From the NCBI RefSeq assembly GCF_009914755.1, contig NC_060928.1: DNA of 64,000 nt; one strand, written 5' to 3'. The DNA comes from the human T2T-CHM13v2.0 reference genome, Homo sapiens. The position numbers were made by a program, and so were the translations under genes. The notes below the pieces were generated by a model. That model saw only the letters and a list, made by a program, of their open reading frames with translations. It made no database searches and had not been told where the DNA came from. Shown here piece by piece: positions 27,781-40,015 of this stretch (positions are counted from its first letter, which is position 1; each line of letters starts with the position of its first letter).

Positions 27781-30041
27781 AAAGCATTTATTTCAAAAAA
27801 CATAACTTCTTACACTCATGCCAATGTTTGTGGCTTATTATCTTTGGTGCCAATTGCTAAAACAATCACTGATGTGTGATAAAGTGTTTATATATTATCA
27901 GTGATGTCACCTTAAAAGGGTGACATCGAGGTTTAAAGAAACCACCACATACATTACTCAAGGGAGGAACTGCTAATTAGCTAAGCTAAAGAGGGATTTC
28001 TTTCAACTTTGATTTTAGAAGTGCATTTTAGTAATCATTTCCATTTCAAAGTTACCAACTTTCCTTTGCAGTGCTTTTTTTTTTTTTTGGTGATTACAAA
28101 ATTTAAAATATAATTGGGTTGTGTTAAAATACTTGCTCTGTCTTCCTTTTCCCACTGTGCATGACAATTTCATTGTGCTTTGCTTTTGTTTTTGCTCAAT
28201 TATCTAATAAAACAAAAATGAAAAGAAGTGATCGTTATCACCTACACATCTGAAGGTGCTTTTAGAAGATTGGACTGGTTCTTGCAAAAAGAATGGGTGA
28301 GCTGTGGCCCTGAAGCGTTTCCAAGGGCGGGGGTAGATTTTGGAAGTTATGCATCATTCATTCATTCACTCACTCATTCAACGTGTATTTATTGTGAATG
28401 TTCTAAATATATCACTGCTCCTTTATATAAGGAATTAAAAAACATTATCAACATTTTTTATATTAAATTTCAGGAAGTCAATATTATGTGTAATTTTCCA
28501 AGTAATCTTGCATTAAGCTCCCTTCCCATTAACTCTGGATTTTTGAAGATTAAAAAAATCTTAAAAGATTAAAAAGTTTTCATATGAAAATCCTTATATA
28601 TATGGAATTTATTAATAAAACTCTGCTTCATACGGATAACTCCCCTGTTCAAATAGTTCACATGAGTGTATTAAAGATACTGAAATTATTCACTGTTTCC
28701 TCCAATTTTTTTTAAAGATGCTACATATTTGTATCCTCATTATTAAGAACTCATTTCTTTACACACTTCCCAGGAGCACACAGGAATTTAAACCATGCTC
28801 TGGGGATAGGGCCATTGCAGCCCAATATGGAAGCTAGTCCATAGGTGGCCCTGGCCTCCTGCCACTCTCATTCCCAAAAGCTCTATGTTGCATGGGCAAA
28901 TCCCAGGGTGCCAAGGATTGTAGGTACAAAACAAAACAAGACAGACATCAGTGGTCATTTCTGAGTAATATTTCTGCCATATTCTATTATTGGCTTCTGT
29001 TTGTCTACTCATTCAAAATAAGATATTTGTTCAATTTCTAGAAACCTATCTTGTACTCTGTGTATCTTTTTATAAAGTGATTTTTATAAATATTTAGAGT
29101 GATCAGTTAGACATAGCAGTTTATAATTTATCACAAAGGATGTGCTTCCTTCTTACATGATGCTATTCAGAAGAATCAATTTAAAATTTTTAATAAAAAT
29201 AATGAACAAACTATAAGTGCACAGCTTTGTGAATTTTCAGAAAGTGATCACACCAGAATAGCCATCCCCCAGAGGAGTTATCAGTCCCATTAAATGCACC
29301 CAGTGCCCCATCCATTCCAGACACTATTTGATCTCTTCTCCCCAAATATGATGTTTCCTCCTCCCATAAATTGCATTTACCTGGCTTTGTACTTTGTTAA
29401 TGGAATCACACTGTATATTTTACTATGTGTGATTTATTTGCTCAACTTTATAATTATGTTTGATCCAAGGTATTGCAAATAGCAGTAGTTCATTCATTTC
29501 CATTGCTATAGGCAGCATTCCATTGTAAGAATATTTGACCATTATTTTTATCCATTTGGTTTGTTTTCAAATGTTTGCTATTATGCACAATGCTGCTATA
29601 AACATCTTTGTACTCATGTGTTAGTACGTATTTGTACAAATATCTGTGGTAGAATACACTTAAGTATGAAATGCTGGGTAATTGGGTATCATATGTTCAG
29701 CTTTAGAAGACGCTGAGAGTTTCCCAAAGTAATTGTACAAATAGGCTCCCCACCAGCAATTTAAAAAATTTTCGGCTGTTCCAGAGAACTTCTGTTTGCT
29801 CCACTTGTTATTGTATATATATTAGCAATTCTTTTGGTTGTGTAGTCATATCACATTGTTGTTTTAATTTGCATTTTCTAAATGAATTATTAGGCTAAGA
29901 ATGTCAATATATTTTTATGTCTTTTGAAGTATTTGAAAATCTTTTTTTTGAAAAGTGCCTATTCAAATAGTTTCCTCATGTTTTCTATTAGATTATATGA
30001 ATCTGTCATATTTTATTGATTTGTACATCTTCCTTATATAT

Positions 30042-30250
30042 CAGTAGTTCTCAATTGTGATTGATTTTATCCCCCAGACCACATTTGTCAATGTCTAAAC
30101 ATAATTTTGTTTGTCAGGACTGGAAGGGTGCTATGAGCATCCAACGAGCAGGGGCCAGGGATGCTGGGATCCTAAACACACAAGGTAGCCTACAAACTAC
30201 AAAGAACATCTGGTTCAAAATGTCCATAGTGCCAAGGTGGAGAAACTCTG
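30042..30250. mobile_element. MER20, near full length
   Basis: Terminal inverted repeats CAGTAGTTCTC and GAGAAACTCTG; internal GGGGCCAGGGATGCTG and AAAATGTCCATAGTGCCAAGG. Confidence 0.85.
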
Positions 30251-30480
30251 AAATTCGTGTGTGTGTATAATTAAAATATAACATATATTGTATTATATTT
30301 AGCAAAATATATCAAATCTTCCACTTAGGGATTTACTTTTCACTTTTAATTGTTTGTTTATTGGATAGAAGTTCTTAAATTTAAAGTAATATTTTGTTGT
30401 TAATAGTTAATATTCTCAGTGTTTATTGAAAAGATCTTTGCCTTCTACAAGATCATGAAGATACTGTTCTTCGTATCTCC

Positions 30481-30760
30481 TAGTGTTGCACTGTCTAATA
30501 CAGTAGCAACTAGTCACATGTGCTAATTTTTAAGCACTTGAAATAAGGCTATTCAAAACTGAGAAGTGATGTAAGTGGAAAATATACACCAGATTTCAAA
30601 GAATTGGTTTGAAAACAAGAATGTAACATATTTCATTATTTTTTATATTGACTCAATGTTGAAATGATAATATCATGTATATATGACATTAAATAAATTG
30701 TATGATAAAATCAATCGCACGTGTGGGCCACATTATATTTCTATTGGACAGTGCTTTCTA
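30481..30760. mobile_element. MER33-like hAT-Charlie element
   Basis: Inverted termini GCACTGTCTAATA and TATTGGACAGTGC; internal AAAATATACACCAGATTTCAAAGA. Confidence 0.8.
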
Positions 30761-31108
30761 GAAGGTGTATTGATTTACATTTTACATTTAATCAACAATA
30801 TGCTTTTAACTGATTTTTTATATGGTGTTAAGCAGGAGTCAATATCCATTTTATACCATATGATTATTCAGTTGACCCATATATTAAAAGGTGCATTCTT
30901 TCTCTGCAGTGCTTCTATGGATCCTTTATACTTACTCAAGTGATCTAATATGAGATGGACATTTCTGAGCTCTTTATTCTGTTTCAAGAACATATATCAT
31001 ATTATTCCACCAATAATACACTGACTTTTTACTATCTCTTTTAGCATCTTTTGATATGTGGTGATCAGAGCCCTCAATTCTGTTATTTTGGGCCAGTTCC
31101 ATTTCCAC

Positions 31109-31109
31109 T

Positions 31110-31148
<39 letters not shown>

Positions 31149-31451
31149 TCTATCTATCTATCTTTTAAAGACAGAGTTTTGCTCTGTCACCCAGGCTGGA
31201 GTGCAGTGGCATGATCATGGCTCACTGCAGTCTTAACCTCTTGGGCTCAAGTGATCCTCCTCTCTCAGCTTCCTGAGTAGTTGGAACTATAGGCACATGC
31301 CACAACACCTGGCTAATTTTTAAAAAGTTGTTTTAGAGACAGGGTATCACTTTGTTGCCTAGGCTGGTCTTGAACTCCTTGCCTCAAGTGATCCTCCCAC
31401 CTTGGCCTCCCAAAGTGCTGGGATTACAGGCATAAACCACCAAGACCAGCC
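31109..31451 (-). mobile_element. AluJ with (TTTA)n/(TCTA)n tail
   Basis: AluJ-type GGCTCAAGTGATCCTCC in both arms. Confidence 0.92.
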
Positions 31452-31760
31452 TTCACATAAAATTTTCAAAATTTCAAAAACAGTCCTGCTGAGGTTCTAA
31501 TTGGAATGAATTTAATATATGATATATATGGAGATAATTATCAACATAGTAATCATATTGAATCTTCTATGTCAAACATTGTATACCCCCTCCCACTTAT
31601 TTAGTTCATTTATTTCTTATTGTAATGTGATTGGTGTAAAGTGCTTGAAATTTCCTGGTAAATACAGTCCTAGGTTATTGATGATTTATTTCACTAAAGA
31701 CAATTGTATTATTTTTTGAAATTAATTTTCAAAGTGTTATCGATATATAATTAATCACTG

Positions 31761-31849
31761 ACCTTTTATCAGGTAATCTTGCTAAATTAGCTTATTAGTT
31801 AAAAAATTACCTTTTATCAGGTAATCTTGCTAAATTAGCTTATTAGTTA
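31761..31849. repeat. Perfect 41-bp duplication, period 48
   Basis: ACCTTTTATCAGGTAATCTTGCTAAATTAGCTTATTAGTTA at 31761-31801 and 31809-31849. Confidence 0.95.
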
Positions 31850-32469
31850 CAAAAAAAGCTTATCTGTTGATTCTTTGTGATTTTTCCAAGTAAACATAGT
31901 TTCTGCAAATAATTACAATTGAATTTTCTTGTTTTCTATATATTCCTTATTATCCTTTCTTGAGTTGTTGCTCAGAGTCAGAAACTCAATACAATGTTGA
32001 AAATGAATGATAGCAACTACTCTTGTCTCATTTTTTATCTCATTACATAGGCTTTCAATATTTTATGGATATCTACAATGTTTTCTGTAGTTTTTGTTAT
32101 TTTTTTGTTTTTGACTTTTTGTTACCCTTTACAAATAATGTTTCTACTATTCATAACTTGTTATAATTTTTATGAAGGAGGGAGTTTCACATGATCAAAA
32201 GCTTTACATGCATCTGTTAAAGTGAGCATAATATTGTGTTTTTAATCTAATGTGGTGAAATAAATTGGTTTTTGAATATCTATGCATCCTTGGATTACTT
32301 ATATGAATCCAAATTAATAATGATGTATTTCCCTTGTGTAGCTCTATAGGTTAAATATTTTACTTCTTTTTAATATATTTTTTACATCTAATATTTATGA
32401 GGAACATAACAGGTCTATAGTTTCCCTTTCTTTAATATTTAATATTCTGATGGGCAATATATTTCCAGA

Positions 32470-33731
32470 TATAAGATCTTGACATCTGCGAAGTGGCAAT
32501 ATAGTTTTATCTTTTCCAATTTGGATGTCTTTTATTTCATTTTCTGTTCTGATTGCTCTGGCTAGTACTTCCAGTACTATGTTGAATTGGAGTGGTGAAA
32601 GAAGAACCCAAGTCTTATTCCAGTTCTGAAAATAAAAGGCTTTCAATTTTTCCCTATTCACTATGACCTTTATTATTTTGAGGTATCATCTTTCTCCACC
32701 TAGTTTGGCAGGAGTTTTGAGTTTTTTGTCATGAAGGTGTTAGATTTTATCAAATGTTTCCTCTGCATCTATTAAGATAATCATATTTTTGTCCTTTATT
32801 CTGTTGATGTAATGCACCACATATATTGATTTTTGTATGTTGAACTATTCTTGCACCTCTTATGTAAAACCCACTTGATTATGGTATATTACCTTTCTGA
32901 TGTGCTGTTGGATTGAGTTTGCTAGTATTTTGTTGAGGATTTTTGCATCTATGTTCATCAGGGATATTGGCCTGCAGTTTTCTGCTGTGTTGTTTCATTG
33001 CCTGGTTCTGATATCAAGGTAATGCTGACCTTGTATTAGGTTGGTGCAAAAGCAACTACGGTTTTAAAAGTAATGCCAAAAACTGCTATTATTTTTGCAC
33101 AAACTTAATAGAAGGAGTTAGAGAAGATTCTCTCCTCTTCAATATTTTGGACAAGTTTGAGGAGAATTAGTAGCAGTTCTTCTTTATACAGTTGGTACTA
33201 TTCAACCATGAACCTATCCAATTCTGCACTTTCCTTTGTTGTGAGATTTTATTACTGAATCAATTTCACTATTCGTTATTGGACTGTTCAGGTTTTCTAT
33301 TACTTTCTGATCCAATCTTGGTAGGTTGTAACATTCCCAGAATTCACTCATTTCCTCTAGATTTTCCAGTGTACTAGCATATAGTTGTTCATAATAATCT
33401 GTGATAATGTATTGTATTTCTGTGGTATCACTTGTAATGCCTCTTTTTTTTTTCATTTCAGATTGTGTGTATTTGCATCTTCTTTCTTCTTTTCTTGGTT
33501 AGTCTAGTTAGTGGTTCACCAGTTCGTTTATCTTGTAGAGGAACTAATATTTCATTTTGTTGATTATTTGTACTGTTTTGTCTCCATTTTTTATTTCTGC
33601 TCTGATATTGATTATTATTATTTTTGCTAATTTGAGGTTTGGTTTGTAGCTTTTCTAGTTTCTGGAGGTATATTGTTAGATTGTTTACTTTAAAACTTTC
33701 TGGATTTTCTTGATGTAGGAATTTATTGCTA
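32470..33731 (-). mobile_element. L1M/L1PB-type ORF2 segment (second-level L1)
   Basis: Minus-strand ORFs translate to L1 ORF2p motifs (LSPLQFNIVLEVLARAIR; YYEQLYASTLENLEEM). Confidence 0.9.
33036..33108. mobile_element. MADE1 (mariner MITE) inserted in L1 ORF2
   Basis: Inverted termini TTAGGTTGGTGCAAAA and TTTTGCACAAACTTAA, flanked by a TA TSD (33034-35, 33109-10). L1 sequence is continuous once it is removed. Confidence 0.9.
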
Positions 33732-34135
33732 TTGAAGGAGCACAGGAAATTTACTCCAAAATATGTCTGCCTGGTAAAATTAATATGGATATCTACCCTT
33801 AGAGATTGACAGGCCTTAGAACAGACTTTTCTCTTATCTACATAAAGGCTGGAAAGATCAATCAAGAAAAACAATGGTTTTTCTTTCCTCTTCATGTTGT
33901 CTCATTTTCTATTGTAGGAAAGAATATCAAGAATGTAACCAGATAAGGTCCATTGGTTTTTACAAAATAATGAGTCTCTCAGGCTCATTCAGTTGCCAAA
34001 GAGAACCACATACAAGCAAATCTCTGTTCTCCCCACTCATTTATTCTCCCTGGTAATCATTTGTTGACTCTCCACAGATTTGGTGATATTTCCTATTTCC
34101 CTCCTACCCTCTGAAATGGGGATGTGTAACTATTT
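33732..34135 (+). mobile_element. 3'-truncated ERV1 LTR (MER34/MER39-group-like)
   Basis: TGAAGGAGCACAGGAAATTTACTCCAAAATATG start and MER4-group-like body. No LTR 3' end or TSD visible. Confidence 0.6.
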
Positions 34136-34586
34136 GTGAAAGATAATTTTGTTGGAATAGTATCTTTGGGTGACAAATTTTTGTCTCTAGCACTTTGAAT
34201 ATATCCTCGCATTCACTCTGGGCCTGTAAGATTTCTACTGAGAAATCTGCTGTCAGTCAGATGAGGGCTCCTTTATATCTGACTAGATGCTTTGTTCTTG
34301 CTGTTTTTAGAATTTTCTCTTTTCCATTGACTTTAGACTGTTGGACTATTGTGTGGCATGAAGAAGACTTTTTGCTTTCTATCTGTTTGGGAATGGATGA
34401 CTGAACTTCCAATATCTGAATGTTTAAATTATTTTCGTAGACTTAGAAAATTTTCATTGATTATATTATTACATAGATTTTTAAAAAACTGTTTCATTAT
34501 CTTTTTGCCTTCTGGAATATTGAGAAATGGTGTTCCATATATCATGAAGACTTTGTTTATAATTAAATTTTTTTCTTTCTGTTCAA
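34136..34586 (-). mobile_element. L1M ORF1 C-terminal part (second-level L1)
   Basis: CACTTTGAATATATC ... TTTCTACTGAGAAATCTGCTG, antisense L1 ORF1. Confidence 0.8.
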
Positions 34587-37373
34587 TTTTATTTTATTTT
34601 ATTTTAAGTTCTGGAATACACATGCAGGGCATTCAGGTTTGTTACATAGGTAAAGTTGTGCCATGGTGGTTTGCTGCACCTATCAACCCATCATCTAGGT
34701 TTTAAGCCCCACATTCATTAGCTATTTAACCTGATGCTCTTCCTCCCACCACCACTGTGACAGGCCCCAGTGTGTGTTGTTTCCTTCTTTGTGTCCATGT
34801 GTTGTCATTTTCAGCTTCTGCTTATAAGTGAGAATATGCGCTGTTTGGTTTTCTGTTCCTGTGTTAGTTTGCTGAGATTAATGGCTTCCAGCTCTAACCA
34901 TGTACCTACAAAGGACATGGTCTCATTTTTTTATGACTGCATAGTATTTCATAGGTTATATATGCCACATTTTTTATCCAGTCTATAATTGATGGGCATT
35001 TGGGTTGATTCCATGTCTTTGCTATTGTGAATAGTGCTGCAATGAACATATGAGTATATGTATCTTTATAATAGAAGGATTTATATTCCTTTGGGTATAT
35101 ACCCAGTAATGGGATTGCTGGGTCAAATGGTATTTCTGGTTCTAGATCTTTGAGGAATTGCCACACAGCCTTCCACAATGGTTGAACTAATTTATATTCC
35201 CACCAACAGTGTAAAAGAGTTTTTATTTCTCCACAACCAAACCAGCATCTGCTGTTTGTTGACTTACTAATAATTGCCATTCTGACTGGCATGAGATGGT
35301 ATCTCATTGTGGTTTTGATTTGTATTTCTCTAATGATCAGTGATGTTGAGCTCTTTTTTCATGTTTGTTGGCCACATGAATGTCTTCTTTTGAGAAGTGT
35401 CTATTCGTGTCCTTTGCCCACTTTTTTATGGGTTTTCTTTTCTTATAAATTTGTTTAAGTTCCTTGTAGATTCTGGATATTAGACCTTTGTCGAATGGAA
35501 AGATTGCAAAAATTTTCTCCCATTCTGTAAGTTGTCTGTTCACTCTGATGATAGTTTCTTCTGCTGTGCAGAAGCTCTTTAGTGTAACTAGGTGCCATTT
35601 GTTAATTTTAGCTTTTGGTGCCATTGCTTTTGAGGCTTTTGTCATGAAATCTTTGCCTGTGACTATGTCCTCAATGGTATTGCTTAGATTTTCTTCTATG
35701 GTTTTTATAGTTTGGGTTTTACATTTAAGCCTTTAATCCATCTTGAGTTAATATTTGTATAAAGTGTAAGGAAGGGATCCAATTTCAATTTTCTGCATGT
35801 GTCTAGCCATTTTTACCAGAAATATTTATTAAATAGGGAATCCTTTCCTCACTGCTTGTTTTTGTCAGGTTTCTCAAAAATCAGATGGTTGCAGATGTTT
35901 GAGCTTACTTCTGAGATCTTTATTCTGTTCCATTGGTCTATGTGTCTGGTTTTGTACCAGTACCATGCTGTTTTGGTTACTGTAGCCTTACAGTATAGTT
36001 TGAAGTCAGATAGCATGATGCCTCCAGCTTTGTTCTTTTTGCATAGGATTGTTTTGGCTGTATGGGCTCTTTTATGGTTCCATATGAATTTTAAAGTAGT
36101 TTTTTTTTTCCAATACTGTGAACAATGTCAATGGTAGTTTAGTGGGAATAGCATTGAATCTATAAATTACTTTGGGCAGTATGGCCATTTTTCACAATAT
36201 TTGTTCTTCCTATCCACGAGCGTGGAATGTTTTTCCATTTGTGTCCTCTCTTATGTCCTTAAGAAGTTGTTTGTAGTTCTCCTTGAAGAGGTCCGTCACA
36301 TCCCTTGTTAGCTGTATTACTAGATATTTTATTCTCTTTGTAGCATTTGTGAATGGGAGTTCATTCATGATTTGGTTATCTGCTTGTCTATTGTTGATGT
36401 ATAGGAATGCTTGTGGTTTTTGCATGTTGATTTTGTATCCTGAGACACTGCTGAAGTTGCTTATAGCTTAAGGAGCTTTTGGACTTAGACAATGGGTTTT
36501 CTAGATATAGAATTGTGTTGTCTGCAAAGAGAGACAGTTTCATTTCCTCTCTTCTTATTTGAATATCCTTTATTTCTTTATCTTGCCCTGGCCTAAACTT
36601 CTAATACTATTTTGAATTACAGTGGTGACAGAGGGCATCCTTATCTTGTGCTGGTTTTCAAGGGGAATGCTTCCAGCTGTTGCCCATTCAGTATGATGTT
36701 GGCTGTGTGTTTGTCATAACTGGCTGTTATATTTTGAGATATGTTCCATCAACACCTAGTTCATTGAGAGTTTTTAACATGAAGGGATGTTGAATTTTAT
36801 CAAAGCTTTTTCTGTTTTTATTGAGATAATCATGTGGTTTTTGTCTTTAGTTCTGTTTATGTGATAAATTATATTTATTGATTTGTGTATTTTCAGCCAG
36901 CCTTGTATCCCAGGGATGAAGCCTACTTGTTCATGGTGAATAAGCTTTCTGATGTGCTGCTGAATTTGGTTTGTCAGTATTTCATTGAGGATTTTTGCAT
37001 TTATGTTCATCATCAGGAAGCCTGGCCTGAGGATTTCTTTTTTTGCTGAATCTCCACCAAGTTTTGGTATCAGGATGATGCTGGCCTCATAAAATGAGTA
37101 AGGAAGAAGTCCCTCCTTTCCAATTGTTTGGAATAGTTTCAAAAGGAATGGTACCAGTTCCTCTTTGTACCTCTGGTAGAATTCAGCTGTAAATCTCTCT
37201 GGTCCTGGGCTTTTTTTTATTGGTAGGCTATTTATTACTGCCTCAATTTGAGAACTTGTTATTGGTCTATTCAAAAATTTGACTTTTTTGTGGTTTAGTC
37301 TTGAAAGGATGTATGTGTACAGGAATTTATCCATTTCTTCTAAATTTTCTAGTTTATTTGCATAGAGGTGATT
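34587..37373 (-). mobile_element. L1PA (about PA8-13) 3' UTR and ORF2, disrupted
   Basis: Fragmented ORF2p translations (MDKFL...[21 protein letters not shown]; [14 protein letters not shown]...[13 protein letters not shown]) and an L1PA 3' UTR. Confidence 0.95.
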
Positions 37374-37723
37374 TGTATTAGTCTGTTTTCACACTGCTAA
37401 TAAAGATATACATGAGACTGGGCAACTTACAAAAGAAAGAAGTTTATTGGACTTACAGTTCTACATGGCTGAGGAGGTCCCACAATCATGGCAGAAGGCA
37501 AGGAGGGGCAAGTCATATCTTATGTAGATGACAGCAAGTGATGAGAGAGTTGTGCAGGGAGACTCCCATTTTTAAAGCCATCAGATCACGAGACTTATTC
37601 ACTATCGTGAGTATAGCATGGGAAAGACTTGTCCCCATGATTCAATTACCTCCCACCCGGTCCTCCCACAACATGTGGGAATTCAAGATGAGATCTGGGT
37701 GGGGACACAGCCAAACCATATCA
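37374..37723 (-). mobile_element. THE1 (THE1B-like) 3' LTR
   Basis: TGTATTAGTC ... CCAAACCATATCA, 350 bp, with a polypurine tract adjacent on the minus strand (37724-37734). Confidence 0.92.
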
Positions 37724-38734
37724 TTCCTCCCCTGTCCCCTTCCAAATCTCATGTACTCACATTTCAAAACCAATCATGTCTTCCCAACAGTCCCCCAAAG
37801 TTTTAACTCATTTCAGCATTAACTCAAAAGTCCACAGTCCAAAGTCTCATCCTAGATAAGGCAAGTCCCTTCCATCTATGAGCCTGTAAAATCACAGGCA
37901 GGTTAGTTACTTCCTAGATACAATAGGGGTACAGGCATTGGGTAAATACAGCCATTCCAAATGGGAGAAGTTGGCCAGAACTAAAGAGTTACAGCCCCAT
38001 GCAAGTAAAAAATCCAGCAGGGCACTCAAATCTTAAAGTTCCAAAGTGATCTACTTGATTCCATGTCTCAAATCCAGATGATGCCGATGCAAGAGGTGGA
38101 TTCCCATGGTCTGGGATAGCTCTGTCCCTGTGGCTTTGCAGGGTACAGCCTCCCTTCTGGCTGCTTTCACAGACTGGCATTGAGTGTCCACATCTTTTCC
38201 AGATGCACAGTGCAAGCTGTCAGTGGCTCTACCATTCTCGGGTCTGGAGGATGGTGGCCCTCTTCTCACAGCTCCACCAGGAGGTGCCCCAGTATGGACT
38301 CTGTGTAGGGGCTCTGACCCCACATTTCCCTTCTGCACTGCAATAGCAGTAGTTCTCCACCAGAGCCCCACCCCTCCAGCAAATTCTGCCTGGACATCCA
38401 GGCATTTCCATACATCTTCTGAAATATAGAAGGAGGTTCCCAAACCCCAATTCTTGACTTCTGTTTACTGGCAAGCTCAATATCAAGTGGACACTGCCAA
38501 GGCTTGAGGCTTGCACTCTCTGAAGCCACAGCCTGAGCTCTAGATTGGCCCCTTTCAGCCATGACTGGAGTGGCTGGGACACAGGGCACCAAGTCCCTAG
38601 GCTGCACATAGCATGGGGACCCTGGGCCCAACCCACAAAACCACTTTTTCCTCCTAGTCTTCCAGGCCTGTGACGAGAGTGGCTGCCATGAAGAACTTTG
38701 ATATGTGCTGGAGACATTTTCCCCATTGTCTTGG
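37724..38734 (-). mobile_element. THE1 internal sequence, 5'-deleted
   Basis: Typical THE1-int (AACTCAAAAGTCCACAGTCCAAAGTCTCATC; GGGTCTGGAGGATGGTGGCCCTCTTCTCACAGCTCCAC). Ends abruptly in L1 sequence. Confidence 0.92.
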
Positions 38735-40015
38735 TCTTTGAGGCTGCTGATCTTCGGATGGGGTTTTTGTGGGGACATTTTTGTTAATGCTGTTGTTGTA
38801 GCTTTCTGTGTGTTTGTTTTCCTTTTAACAGTCAGGCTACTCTTTTGTAGGGCTGCTGTGATTTGCTGATGGTTCACTTCAGGCCCTATTCACCTGGGTC
38901 CCTCCCGCACCTGTAGATGTCACTTGAAGAGGCTGAAGAACAGCAAAGGTGGTGGCTGCTTCTTCCTCTGAGGTCTTTGAGGAGCACCAACCTGATGTCA
39001 GCAGGAATGCTCCTGTATAAAGTGTCTGGTGACTCCTGTTGGGGTATCTCACCCGTCAGGGGCACAGGATCTGGGACCCACTTAACAAAGCACTCTGGCT
39101 GTCCCTTTGTGGAGGGGGTGTTCTGCACTTGGGGGAAACCCACTGGTCTGGGCTGCCTGGATTCCTCAGAACTAGCAGGGGGAAAGACTAAGTCTGTTGG
39201 TCCTCAGAGACCACATCCACCCCACTCCCTAGGGCTCAGGTCCATAGAGATCAGAGTTCTGTCCCTAAGCCTCTGGCTGGAGTTGCTGAAGTTCCTGGAG
39301 GGATGGCCTGCCCAGGAGGCACGGGGCAGAGTTTGGCCTAAAGACGCAGTATGTCTACAATCTGCCACAGCCAGTGTGCTATCCTGTGGGGAATACCTCT
39401 TAAGTCCAAACCATTCAGTCTCCCTGGCATTGCAGGGGAAAAACAGCGGACTGAAGCTGCAGGGGTGGCTGCTGCCCTACCCCCACCGCCAGCAGTTCAG
39501 TCATCTTAGGCAGCAGGCAGCTGCAGTGATGGCTGCCGTCCCTTGCCTGGGGTGCTCAGTTTTCTAAGGCAGCAGGCAGCAGCAGTGATGATGGCCTCCC
39601 CTTCCCCTGGGAGCTCAGTAGTCTTAGGCAGTCTCCAGCCAAGTGGCTATTGAGAATCTGTGTGACTCTGTGGTTGGGACAGAATCCCTGGTGGGATGGG
39701 TTCATGAGTATGATCTCCCTATCCACGGGTTGCACAGATCCATTGAAAAAGCATGGTTTACCAAGCTGGGTAGCACAATCACTCACTGCCTCCCTTGGCT
39801 GGGGGTTGCGGCTCCCCTTGCCAGGTGTGGCTCTCAGGTGAGCCATCGCATCACCCCTCTTTTCTTTGCTCTCCATGGGTCATGTCAACCTACTAGTCAG
39901 TCCTGATGATAGAACATGGATACCTCAGTTGCCAGTGCAGGATTCACATGCTATTTTGGTTCTTCTTGGTGGGAACCTGTAATGGCAGCTGTTTATAGTA
40001 AGCCATTTGGCCCCC
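38731..40015 (-). mobile_element. L1PA 5' UTR (same element as 34587-37373)
   Basis: GC-rich L1 5' UTR beginning GGGGGCCAAATGGC on the minus strand and ending just before the ORF1 start. Confidence 0.85.

Larger units (their letters stand above)
29180..32470 (-). mobile_element. Old L1 (L1ME/MD-like) 3' UTR and ORF2 part; outer host of the nested stack
   Basis: Antisense L1 motifs ACAATGCTGCTATAAACATC, TTTTAATTTGCATTTTCT and TACAATGTTGAAAATGAATGA. Interrupted by MER20, MER33 and AluJ. Confidence 0.7.

Noticed and set aside
34906-37334. L1 ORF2 protein fragments as an active gene
   Set aside because: Multiple stops and frameshifts; ORF1 and the endonuclease region are deleted.
37989-39906. 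Cluster of 100-216 aa ORFs
   Set aside because: They lie in GC-rich THE1-int and L1 5' UTR and overlap on both strands; not cellular genes.
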